A DNA stretch of 20,000 nucleotides, taken from IMG/VR virus record IMGVR_UViG_3300023178_004374, one strand, 5' to 3'. A program made the position numbers and the translations under genes. Positions 1 through 8,109 of the stretch are shown here, one piece after another. This stretch comes from an uncultured virus (IMG/VR IMGVR_UViG_3300023178_004374) (taxonomy: Duplodnaviria > Heunggongvirae > Uroviricota > Caudoviricetes). Each line of letters starts with the position of its first letter. Position 1 is the stretch's first letter. The notes beneath the pieces are model-generated. The model searched no databases, had not been told where the DNA came from, and worked only from the letters and a program-made list of their open reading frames with translations.

Positions 1-792
1 TTCATGGCCATTATCGTCCATCCATTTTGCTACATCTTCGTAATCAACACCTTTGTCTTCAATATAATGCAATGGATTGGTTGTTTTTTCAATTAAATTG
101 AAAAATTCCATATGACTAATACCACCATGCATTTCTTGTAATACGTATTGATAAAAAGGTTCTTCAGATGGAGTCTTACTATTTGTTAAAGTTTCAAACA
201 TTGGATCTGCTTCATTGGTTGCAGCAGAACGAATAGTGTCTTCAATTTTTTCATATTGTCTTTTATAAAAATTAAATCTTGGAATTGAGTTACCTTTCCA
301 GAAAAAATAGAAAGTTCTATCTCTAATTTGACTTAGTCCATGTAAAATAGATTTAGTTTTATAAATGCTAAAGGTATAACCATTTTTTCTTGCTAGTTGA
401 CGAAGTTGTGCTACAACCTTTTCACCCATTTTGCTTGCTAATCTTGGAGCATTTTCTCCCCAAAAAACTGTTGGCTGAATTGATTCCAAAACATATTCTG
501 CTGACTTGACCATCCAGTCATTAGTGCTGCTATCAGCATTGCTGCTAGGAGAAAGGGAAGACAAGCCAGCGCAAGGGCAAACAGTGTTGACAACATCGAC
601 ACTATGAGGCGCAAGACCACCCACGTCAAGCTTATAATAAGGAACGCTATTGTCGTAATAATTAAGAAGTTGGCTGTCATTTGCTTCAAAGTCCGTATAT
701 GATAATATATATTCAGGTTTTGTCCCAAATACATTTTGCATTGCTATTGTTTCTCCACCAATGAGTGGAACTATACTTGCATACTTAACCAT
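1..792 (-). CDS. Divergent DNA (cytosine-5)-methyltransferase-like protein, runs off the window (3' partial)
   Basis: Not in the ORF track. Manual translation from ATG at 792, open to position 1: MVKYASIVPLIGGETIAMQNVFG...VDVVNTVCPCAGLSSLS...QPTVFWGENAPRLAS...HGLSQIRDRTFYFFW. This shows motif IV (PC), motif VI (ENA ~ ENV) and motif VIII (QxRxR) in the correct order; motif I is degenerate (VPLIGG vs FxGxGG). Start overlaps the end of the upstream UDP-glucose dehydrogenase. Confidence 0.8.
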   Translation of the reverse strand, partial: MVKYASIVPLIGGETIAMQNVFGTKPEYILSYTDFEANDSQLLNYYDNSVPYYKLDVGGLAPHSVDVVNTVCPCAGLSSLSPSSNADSSTNDWMVKSAEYVLESIQPTVFWGENAPRLASKMGEKVVAQLRQLARKNGYTFSIYKTKSILHGLSQIRDRTFYFFWKGNSIPRFNFYKRQYEKIEDTIRSAATNEADPMFETLTNSKTPSEEPFYQYVLQEMHGGISHMEFFNLIEKTTNPLHYIEDKGVDYEDVAKWMDDNGHE

Positions 793-1603
793 AATTTACA
801 TTCTGAGCCTTTTCTCTTTCATCTTTATCATAACAATTACGATACTTATTATTCTCTTCGATAACTTTTTCTAAAACGGAAAAAGATTTCGCAAAGTTCG
901 CAAACGCTGCTGTGTCTTTTGGGAAGCAAGCGCCACCAAAGCCACGCTTGCCATCAAACCCAGGCACAGTAATATGAGACCTACCAATTCTTGGATCTGT
1001 TCCAATTGCGTTACTGATAACACCATAATTTCCTCCAAAGTTTTCTATGACATCATAAAATTGATTCATCCATAAGACCTTTGATGCAAGGAAACAATTA
1101 ATTCCATACTTTACAAAGCTTGCATCAGTGGACGTCATGTGATATACAGGACACGGCTTGCATAAGCTAAAGTCTTTATAGATTTGTTCTAATCTTTCTG
1201 TAGCTTCTGGATTTCCTCCAAAAATATGCATAGATGGATTTACAAAATCTTCACATGCATTTTTTTCAGTTAAAAATTCAGGATTGTAAACTACTCTAGC
1301 ACCTCCACCGCGTCTTGAAAATTTTTCAATTATGTCAGGTGTCACAGTTGATTTAATAACAATGATTCCTGATCTACGTAGCAAAAGTTTTGTTACAGTA
1401 TCAACTACAATAGAACAATCGATCGATCCATCTTTACCCATAGGTGTAGGAACACAAACAAACGTTATATCTTCACTTAATTCTACATCATCTAAAGTAG
1501 TATTATAGAGAGGATCGATGATAGTTTTAGTAATAGCTTTATTTGAAAAGCCATAATCCACAGCTTTGCCAACAAACCCGTGGCCAACAATTGTCATTCT
1601 CAT
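785..1603 (-). CDS. ugd: UDP-glucose/GDP-mannose dehydrogenase family protein (short form lacking most of the C-terminal domain)
   Basis: Rossmann GHGFVG, FVCVPTP, IKSTV, YNPEFL, KYGINCFLASK, DPRIG and catalytic GFGGACFPKD motifs; 272 aa. Confidence 0.9.
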   Translation of the reverse strand: MRMTIVGHGFVGKAVDYGFSNKAITKTIIDPLYNTTLDDVELSEDITFVCVPTPMGKDGSIDCSIVVDTVTKLLLRRSGIIVIKSTVTPDIIEKFSRRGGGARVVYNPEFLTEKNACEDFVNPSMHIFGGNPEATERLEQIYKDFSLCKPCPVYHMTSTDASFVKYGINCFLASKVLWMNQFYDVIENFGGNYGVISNAIGTDPRIGRSHITVPGFDGKRGFGGACFPKDTAAFANFAKSFSVLEKVIEENNKYRNCYDKDEREKAQNVNYG

Positions 1604-2562
1604 TAATTAACTCCATAATAACTTTTGTACCATGTAATGAATTCTTTAACACCATCTGTTATAGAAGTTTTAGGATTATAACCTAACGCTTGTAATTTAG
1701 TAGTGTCAGACCACGTCTCAGGGACATCTGCAGGATGTTTAGGCGCTAATTCTCTTTCTGCTTTCCGATCAAGATTTTTTTCAATTTCATCTACAAAATC
1801 TAATAGATTAACCTGTTGGCCATAACCAATATTATAGATTTCATGCCATTCTTGATTGGTTTCATTCATAGCTTTATCTACTACTAATTCTATACCATCT
1901 ACGATGTCTTGTACATAGGTAAAATCACGTTTCATATCACCATAATTATAAAGTGTGATTGGTTCACCTTTAACGATTCCATCTGTGAATTTAAATAGAG
2001 CCATGTCTGGTCGACCATATGGTCCATACACTGTAAAGAAGCGAAGGCCTGCAGAACGTGAAATTTTAGAATGAGAAAACTGACATTCATTTACTCGTTT
2101 AGACCAACCATATGGATTGTTTTGTAAATCTGGTCGATCATGTTCATTCCAAGGTAAAGGCTGTCCATGCATAACGCAGGAGCTTGATGCATATACAACT
2201 GGTATGTTTAGTTCTTCACATACTTCTATAATACGTTGTGTTCCAGTTATGTTAGTATCAATATATGGTTGCGGTTCTTCAAGAGCGTGTCTTGGATTTG
2301 CATATGCAGCTAAGTGTAATACAATATCTACATCTTTCATAAATGACGTATTGTCATTAATTACTTTAAAGTCTTCAATGTCCCCTCGCATAATAGGAAC
2401 ATTATATTCTTCTTGTAAAATGTTAGCACGATCTTCTTTTAATTGTGGATCGTAATAATCATTAAAATTGTCTAAGCCACATACTTCCCAATTATTTTTT
2501 GCGAAGTGCCTGGCTGCGTGAAAGCCGATCATGCCGGCAATACCTGTTACTAAAATTTTCAT
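1603..2562 (-). CDS. NAD-dependent nucleotide-sugar epimerase, UDP-glucuronate 4-epimerase-like
   Basis: TGIAGMIG, DNFNDYYDPQLKEDR, YASSS, YGWSK (YxxxK), GLRFFTVYGPYGRPDMALFKF, RDFTYVQDIV: the pattern of the GAE/WcaG/CapI subfamily of extended SDRs. Confidence 0.88.
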   Translation of the reverse strand: MKILVTGIAGMIGFHAARHFAKNNWEVCGLDNFNDYYDPQLKEDRANILQEEYNVPIMRGDIEDFKVINDNTSFMKDVDIVLHLAAYANPRHALEEPQPYIDTNITGTQRIIEVCEELNIPVVYASSSCVMHGQPLPWNEHDRPDLQNNPYGWSKRVNECQFSHSKISRSAGLRFFTVYGPYGRPDMALFKFTDGIVKGEPITLYNYGDMKRDFTYVQDIVDGIELVVDKAMNETNQEWHEIYNIGYGQQVNLLDFVDEIEKNLDRKAERELAPKHPADVPETWSDTTKLQALGYNPKTSITDGVKEFITWYKSYYGVN

Positions 2563-3806
2563 ACGAAAAATTCCTCTAGTCCTTGTGGTTGGTTTTCAGT
2601 TGTGTTAATAGCAAGATCAATAATTTCATTTACAACATCCTCACCATTGGAGTGTTGTTTCCAAAATTCAAATGCCATTTCTCTCCAATCATCTCTCATA
2701 GACGGATCGTTTTTGAGTTTTGTCATCATTTCTTGACACTCTTTAAAATTAGTATAGTCAACACCAAGAGTGCCAGAATTTTTGCATTGACTAATAGGAT
2801 CACCCTGTACAGGGTGTATTACGTTATCACAGAAATGTTTATGGAATAATGGTACAGTGCCAGATGCAATACATTCAGCATGACAATTTTCAATATTGTT
2901 ACCATATGTTTCTGCTTTTAAATGATAAAGATCTGAACCAAATGCTGAACGTGCCATTCTCATCATTGCCTCATTATTTATGTATTGAGGATATAGATAA
3001 GCACCTTTATTGGTTTCTTCTTTACCATACAAGTCAGGTGTAAACTTGACTTCATTAAATTTCTTTTCTGGTCTAAAATAATTTTCAACCATGCGGCGAT
3101 CAACAGGATTATCTTCTTTATTATCACGATATAAAACAAGAGGATATTGTATAGAAGCTTCTAAACCTTCAAGGACAGTTATAAATCCTTGCTCCATCAA
3201 AGCATCTTGATGGAAATCAATCATTAAACTAGGACCTTTCCACATTGCAGTACGACCAATCCAACGAACCATATTATGCTGTTGTTCTTCAATTGGTCGC
3301 CAATACTTTTGACGGTGATCCTCATAATCAAAACCCAAACCCATTTTAGTTAATGGAGTTTGGATTCTATTTTTCTTCATAAATTTTGAGAAATCATTTT
3401 CAAGACTGTGAGTCATAATGACATCAACATTTTCGCAAACTTCTTTTAGATTAGCATTACGTGCTATTGAAGCAGCTTTATGGTCTACATTAATAAACGC
3501 TTTACGTATTTTTAGTCTCTGTAAAAATGGTACAAAATTATCTTGACAATCTTGTGGATGAGACTTAGAAGGTACTGAATAAATGATTGCTAAATCATAC
3601 ATTGAATTAATAACATCTGCAGTTAATTCCCACTGCGTACCCATTACAAATTCTTTTTGATCAATTTCTAATCCTTTAGCTCGTCCCCATTTTTTATCAA
3701 TTGCAGAATAGATATCTGCTCCTGTTACTTTTTGCATTTGAATAGCACATTGTGTTACACCGCAGCCTTCAGTACCACGACCAAGGATAATAGCAATTCT
3801 AGTCAT
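2559..3806 (-). CDS. agt: DNA alpha-glycosyltransferase (T4 alpha-glucosyltransferase homologue, GT-B)
   Basis: Colinear with T4 AGT as recalled: RGTEGCGVT (RGLEGCGVT), YSVP, DH...RNANL, HS..NDF, RWIGRTAMWKG (RWIGRTTTWKG), DFH, EGLE, YINNEAMMRMARSAFG (YINSEMLERMSKSGFG), GTVPLF, RE.AFEF..QH; similar length (415 aa). Confidence 0.9.
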   Translation of the reverse strand: MTRIAIILGRGTEGCGVTQCAIQMQKVTGADIYSAIDKKWGRAKGLEIDQKEFVMGTQWELTADVINSMYDLAIIYSVPSKSHPQDCQDNFVPFLQRLKIRKAFINVDHKAASIARNANLKEVCENVDVIMTHSLENDFSKFMKKNRIQTPLTKMGLGFDYEDHRQKYWRPIEEQQHNMVRWIGRTAMWKGPSLMIDFHQDALMEQGFITVLEGLEASIQYPLVLYRDNKEDNPVDRRMVENYFRPEKKFNEVKFTPDLYGKEETNKGAYLYPQYINNEAMMRMARSAFGSDLYHLKAETYGNNIENCHAECIASGTVPLFHKHFCDNVIHPVQGDPISQCKNSGTLGVDYTNFKECQEMMTKLKNDPSMRDDWREMAFEFWKQHSNGEDVVNEIIDLAINTTENQPQGLEEFFV

Positions 3807-3842
3807 TTATGATTCCTTAAATTTACAAGTGTGTGATATACG

Positions 3843-3850
3843 TATTTATG
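3843..3850 (-). promoter_or_regulatory. Possible T4-type late promoter variant CATAAATA
   Basis: One mismatch to TATAAATA, intergenic, about 37 nt upstream of the agt start; an AAGGAA RBS-like element precedes the ATG. Confidence 0.4.
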
Positions 3851-3863
3851 ATTATTAAATATA

Positions 3864-3893
3864 ATTCTAACATATTTTTACACAAATGTAAAC
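3864..3893 (-). promoter_or_regulatory. T4-early/sigma70-type promoter for the agt operon
   Basis: Minus strand GTTTACA-17 nt-TAGAAT with TG extended -10 and upstream A-tract, in one of the few intergenic gaps. Confidence 0.75.
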
Positions 3894-3901
3894 TATTTTT
3901 T

Positions 3902-4216
3902 TTATTTTGGTGAAGAACAATGCATGTGACATTCTTTACATGCATTTTCAGGATGTTCATATAATTCTTTGTGAAAGTTATACCACTGTTCTGATTCTAT
4001 AATATCAAGAATGTCATCATTTCGATCAACTCTTAATTCATCATCCCATAAATTTTTAGTATTATTTTTATAGTTGTGATACTTATCTAAATAACAACAA
4101 GGAAGAAGATGCCCTGAAGCAGTAAAGGCTAAACCATTTCCTGCACCAGGAAATCCATCATTGGGTTTATAATCGCCTTCCATTGTTACGCTCCAACATT
4201 GAGGATAAAGTTTCAT
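3902..4216 (-). CDS. Stand-alone SPASM/twitch Fe-S domain protein
   Basis: C...G.LLPCC...CKECHMHC cysteine pattern; ATGA-coupled to the upstream radical SAM gene. Confidence 0.7.
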   Translation of the reverse strand: MKLYPQCWSVTMEGDYKPNDGFPGAGNGLAFTASGHLLPCCYLDKYHNYKNNTKNLWDDELRVDRNDDILDIIESEQWYNFHKELYEHPENACKECHMHCSSPK

Positions 4217-4938
4217 ACTCTTTTTTTCTCACCAAATAGTTTTTTAGAAATTAAATTTATATTTGTAGGAGGAGCAACTGGACTGTCAGGATTAAACCTA
4301 CCTGAAGTAAGTAATATTAATTCTACATCTATTTCATCTGCCATTTCTTTTGCTTTCATAATATCATGTTCATTATATGCAAATGGAATGTATTGCCAAA
4401 TGACTCTCCACCTTTCCCATTCAGGTTCTCTTCTTTGCCTTGATGCTACATATTTCATTGCCTCAAAAGCTGAATGAAAATCTTGGCCAACTCTATGAAT
4501 AGCTGCTTTTTCATCTATGCCATCTATACCAAAGTGCCATTCTATTCTAGTTGGAAGTTGCCAAGCTACATCTACAAGTTCATCCCAATACTCTTGTTTT
4601 TTTCCAGATCCATTTGTATGAATTTCGATTTTTTCTAAATATGTTACATCATCTATTGATGACAATAATGAAATAAAATCTTTGTGATAGATAGGATCAG
4701 AAATCTGACCACAAAATGAAATGCCACTTCTTACGAAGTTAGTTAACTTTCTCAATTCTTTTGATTTTAAATCACCATAAGATTTCCTATAATCAGAAAT
4801 CATAGGTTGTCCTTGAACTTCAGATTGGCGTGAACAAAACTGACATTGAAGTAAACACCTATGAGTAGTGTCTACATTTATTACTGTCCATCTGTATCCC
4901 TCTATAATTTTGGAATACATTTCAGCAAATGAATTCAT
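4213..4938 (-). CDS. Radical SAM protein
   Basis: CLLQCQFC (CxxxCxxC), FCGQISDP (GGEP-equivalent), HTNGS, FGIDG. Confidence 0.85.
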   Translation of the reverse strand: MNSFAEMYSKIIEGYRWTVINVDTTHRCLLQCQFCSRQSEVQGQPMISDYRKSYGDLKSKELRKLTNFVRSGISFCGQISDPIYHKDFISLLSSIDDVTYLEKIEIHTNGSGKKQEYWDELVDVAWQLPTRIEWHFGIDGIDEKAAIHRVGQDFHSAFEAMKYVASRQRREPEWERWRVIWQYIPFAYNEHDIMKAKEMADEIDVELILLTSGRFNPDSPVAPPTNINLISKKLFGEKKRV

Positions 4939-5356
4939 ACTCTACGCCTGCTTCATCAAATAATTGTTTAGTCATATTCCATGACTCGACCCACTGTTCT
5001 TTTATTTTTTGTCTTGGCATAACAACTCTTTTTATTCCTACCTGAATAACACCAAGAGCACAATGGTTGCAAACAGGCAAGCCATGAACAAATAAGGTAG
5101 CTCCATCTAATGATACTCCGTTGTATGTTGCGTTATAAATTACATTCTGTTCAGCATGTACTATGTACTTGTATTTAGTTTCTCTCACTGCATATCTATC
5201 AAGAGAATCTGTTATTCCTCTAGGAAAACCATTATATCCTTGAGATAAAACTTGACCTTTAGATCCTACAGCAATAGCACCGATTTGAGAAGATGGATCT
5301 TTAGACCACTTAGATACTTCTTCTGCTAATTTTAAATATCGTATATCCCATTTCAT
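4922..5356 (-). CDS. cd: dCMP deaminase
   Basis: SKDPS.QIGA, GYNGFPRG, HAEQN and PVCNHC zinc motifs. Confidence 0.92.
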   Translation of the reverse strand: MKWDIRYLKLAEEVSKWSKDPSSQIGAIAVGSKGQVLSQGYNGFPRGITDSLDRYAVRETKYKYIVHAEQNVIYNATYNGVSLDGATLFVHGLPVCNHCALGVIQVGIKRVVMPRQKIKEQWVESWNMTKQLFDEAGVEYEFIC

Positions 5357-5601
5357 ACTTCTTGCTCTTCACCAAAAGATTTTTTTAATATTTCTTTTAT
5401 TACTTTTTCTTGCAAACAGTTTACTGCTAATATTGGCATGTCTTTTCCATATTCTTCTTTTAATTTTCCAAGATACGCGATTTGATCTAATGGATCTCTA
5501 ATACTAACCATACATTCTTCTCTAGTTTCAAACCTAGGCTTTTCAAAAATATAAACATCGCCTTGCAATGTTCCAAATATTACTACTATTAACCAGTTCA
5601 T
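5353..5601 (-). CDS. Hypothetical phage protein with hydrophobic N-terminus
   Basis: ORF track 5353..5613; ATG at 5601 preferred because it forms an ATGA overlap with the upstream small ORF; stop overlaps the dCMP deaminase start. Confidence 0.6.
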   Translation of the reverse strand: MNWLIVVIFGTLQGDVYIFEKPRFETREECMVSIRDPLDQIAYLGKLKEEYGKDMPILAVNCLQEKVIKEILKKSFGEEQEV

Positions 5602-5747
5602 TTTACATACCACTTCATCCAGATAGGTCCTATTCTAATAGAATAATACCTGGTAGTTTCATTATTACATCTAACTTCTTTAGGTGTAATTTTAAACTTC
5701 CAAGTACTAATATGCCATATCCAAGTAATGTAAAATTTTATTAACAT
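5598..5747 (-). CDS. Small hypothetical protein (49 aa, Trp-rich)
   Basis: Manual translation MLIKFYITWIWHISTWKFKITPKEVRCNNETTRYYSIRIGPIWMKWYVK; fills the gap exactly, abutting the upstream stop and overlapping the downstream start. Confidence 0.5.
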   Translation of the reverse strand: MLIKFYITWIWHISTWKFKITPKEVRCNNETTRYYSIRIGPIWMKWYVK

Positions 5748-6305
5748 CTACCATTTAACGATATAATAATTTTCATTTAGTTGTTTAATAATAGGATTAT
5801 AAGGATACAACAATTTTTGTAATTCTTCTTTAGTGTATTTATGGTATTCTTCAGCAATGCCATCATCATACCATTCTGCATAAAATATAAAAAAAGCATG
5901 CTGAGCATTAAAATTTCTATAGTGCTCCAACAACTTAGGAAGACCTATGTAATTAGGTACACCAAATAAACTAACAAGAACATCACAGCTATCATCTATA
6001 TTTTCATTACAATCAGCTAAAACAAAGTTATAATCTTTAAACTTTTCTTTAGCATTATTTAACATGCCTTGAGATAAATCATATCCTGTAAAATTTTCTG
6101 GTCCAGGCCATTGTAAGATAGGAATGTCTTGTCCGGATCCAACACCTAATGAAATAATTTTTCCCTCTTCTATATTCTCCATCCAAAACTCATGAGCATC
6201 TTTCTCATCTTGCATATAGATGTTGTTTTCCCATCCGCCATCAACATATTTTTCTTCATAATATGTCTTAGCAGCATGATTATATTTTTCAACTAAGTCT
6301 ACCAT
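5748..6305 (-). CDS. Class I SAM-dependent methyltransferase
   Basis: ISLGVGSG (motif I), TGYDLSQGML (motif II), CDVLVSLFG. Confidence 0.8.
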   Translation of the reverse strand: MVDLVEKYNHAAKTYYEEKYVDGGWENNIYMQDEKDAHEFWMENIEEGKIISLGVGSGQDIPILQWPGPENFTGYDLSQGMLNNAKEKFKDYNFVLADCNENIDDSCDVLVSLFGVPNYIGLPKLLEHYRNFNAQHAFFIFYAEWYDDGIAEEYHKYTKEELQKLLYPYNPIIKQLNENYYIVKW

Positions 6306-6982
6306 CCTATATCTCCATACATATTTACTGCAATTTTAGCACACTCATCAAGAGATAGACCTTTTTCATTATCTAATTGATCATATGCATATTCTAATTC
6401 TCTACACCCCATACAATAACCACAAGGTTCAGTGGCGTGAGTGTTACATGAAATAGTTGTGTCATAAATATAGTCAAATCCATTCCGTCTTCCTAAATCA
6501 ATTACATGATATTTTTCAATATGTTCAAACGGATTCTTCCAAAATTTATCATTAGTTAGCCATGGGCGTTTTGCCATTCCCTTTTGGTCTACATTCCAAC
6601 GAGGAAACCATTGAGGATGTGGAGGCAAAATATTTCCACAATAAAGTTCTTCAATATCTTCATCATTTCTTACATCTTGAAACGCAAGCATAAGTCTAGC
6701 AAAATGATTTTTCATTTCCCAATTATGATACTTTTCTCCGATGATTTCTAATTCTAAATCAACGTCAAATTTTTCAAGGATTTCTTCAATTAAAGGTTTC
6801 TTAGGATCCCATGAAGTCTGTACATTAAAAATTCTAATTTCTGTATCAGGAAAATTGTCCCATAATAATTTAAAAAGTGTAGTGCTGTCAGCGCCTGATG
6901 ACATTAACACACCAATCTTTTTAGCTGGATTTAGTTTTACAATTCTTTCATCCCATTCAGGACCACATCTAAATTCTTTCAT
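6299..6982 (-). CDS. QueC-like PP-loop ATPase
   Basis: VLMSSGADS PP-loop; C-terminal TISC...PCGYCMGCRE zinc site as in QueC. Confidence 0.75.
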   Translation of the reverse strand: MKEFRCGPEWDERIVKLNPAKKIGVLMSSGADSTTLFKLLWDNFPDTEIRIFNVQTSWDPKKPLIEEILEKFDVDLELEIIGEKYHNWEMKNHFARLMLAFQDVRNDEDIEELYCGNILPPHPQWFPRWNVDQKGMAKRPWLTNDKFWKNPFEHIEKYHVIDLGRRNGFDYIYDTTISCNTHATEPCGYCMGCRELEYAYDQLDNEKGLSLDECAKIAVNMYGDIGW

Positions 6983-6991
6983 TCCATATCC

Positions 6992-7690
6992 TTATTTAAC
7001 TAAATGGAAGTGACGTTCATACACGTGTAAATTCATGACTTGCCACATTAACATACCTTTTTCAATAGGACCATGTTCACCATAAATTTCTGCTAATGAA
7101 TTCCATTCTCTTACAAATTTATCCATTAAGTATTGTGCCCAAGCATAATCATTTTTATATCCATAAACAACATCATTAGAACGCATTTGAGATACCATTG
7201 AAAGTATGCCATCACGAATATAAAATGTTTGTGCATTAGTGCAAATAAAATCAGATTTACCGCCTTCATTATATTCACACCATATTGATGGACGGTTATA
7301 AATCATTTGTGCACGACGTGAATCTGGATTAGCTTGTAATTCATCAAAGGCATGTTGGAATTGATAATGATATTTTTCAGAAAAAAGTAAGTGACCATAA
7401 TTAGAATTTATTTCACCATGTTTATTTGCTGCGTATTGCCATGCTTGAGGAGGTGCATCTGAATCAACACCATTTATATCATAAATGTTTGTTGAACCTG
7501 ATTCATACCAAGCTATTTCTTTGTTAATATATTCTTGACTAGGTGTACCAAAAATAGCAGGTTCAGTGCATAAAAAATTAGCACCAATTAACTCAATAGT
7601 TTTTTGACCTGTTTTATCTATAGTAAAGGCTTCATCATTTAGTTCATCAATAAAAAATTGACGTATGTCACTAACCGTTTGGAGAATCAT
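6992..7690 (-). CDS. dCMP hydroxymethyltransferase (T4 gp42-like, thymidylate synthase superfamily)
   Basis: Colinear with T4 gp42 as recalled: DKTG.KTIE.IGA.F, EYI.KE..WY, GEINSNYG, NPDSRR, RPS, SDFICTN (catalytic Cys), MRSNDVV.G..NDYAW (cytosine-specifying Asp), LHVY.RHF. Confidence 0.92.
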   Translation of the reverse strand: MILQTVSDIRQFFIDELNDEAFTIDKTGQKTIELIGANFLCTEPAIFGTPSQEYINKEIAWYESGSTNIYDINGVDSDAPPQAWQYAANKHGEINSNYGHLLFSEKYHYQFQHAFDELQANPDSRRAQMIYNRPSIWCEYNEGGKSDFICTNAQTFYIRDGILSMVSQMRSNDVVYGYKNDYAWAQYLMDKFVREWNSLAEIYGEHGPIEKGMLMWQVMNLHVYERHFHLVK

Positions 7691-8108
7691 TTTTTTCTAG
7701 CTCTCTTTCAAATACTCTTTTACGCAAATCTGATGACGAAAATCTGTGGTCTCGTTTATTAAAATATAAAGAAATATTTCTACGTCTACATTCATCTTTG
7801 CCAGTAAAATCTTTATCTTTATATTCATCACCAAGTATACGTACATCAATTGGATACATGTTTATTATATCAAGTAAATCGGATTCTGTACAATAAACAA
7901 TGATTTCATCTACATATTTTACTGCAGAAAGTTGTTTGTATCTTTCTACTACACTTTGAATAGGTGAGTTTTTTTCTTCACGATCCCAAGACGGATCTAC
8001 TTGCAATCCACAAATAAGCCAATCGCATTGTTCTTTTGCTTCTCTTAGCATTGCGATATGACCAGCATGAAGCAAGTCAAACGTACTACATGTAAATCCT
8101 ACTTTCAT
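7671..8108 (-). CDS. TagD-like (glycerol-3-phosphate-type) cytidylyltransferase
   Basis: FDLLHAGH (HxGH), VKYVDEI, G.EY, FSSS. Confidence 0.85.
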   Translation of the reverse strand: MKVGFTCSTFDLLHAGHIAMLREAKEQCDWLICGLQVDPSWDREEKNSPIQSVVERYKQLSAVKYVDEIIVYCTESDLLDIINMYPIDVRILGDEYKDKDFTGKDECRRRNISLYFNKRDHRFSSSDLRKRVFERELEKNDSPNG

Positions 8109-8109
8109 A

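Noticed and set aside
438..734. 98-aa hydrophobic ORF in the track
   Set aside because: Alternative-frame shadow inside the methyltransferase-like gene (1-792), which has recognisable motifs
4213..6982. 7-deazaguanine DNA modification cluster (QueC + QueE)
   Set aside because: The radical SAM protein is SPASM-associated rather than QueE-like, and no queD, folE or dpdA is in the window
6992..7690. Ordinary thymidylate synthase or dUMP hydroxymethylase
   Set aside because: Has Asp (NDYAW) at the base-specificity position and gp42-specific motifs throughout
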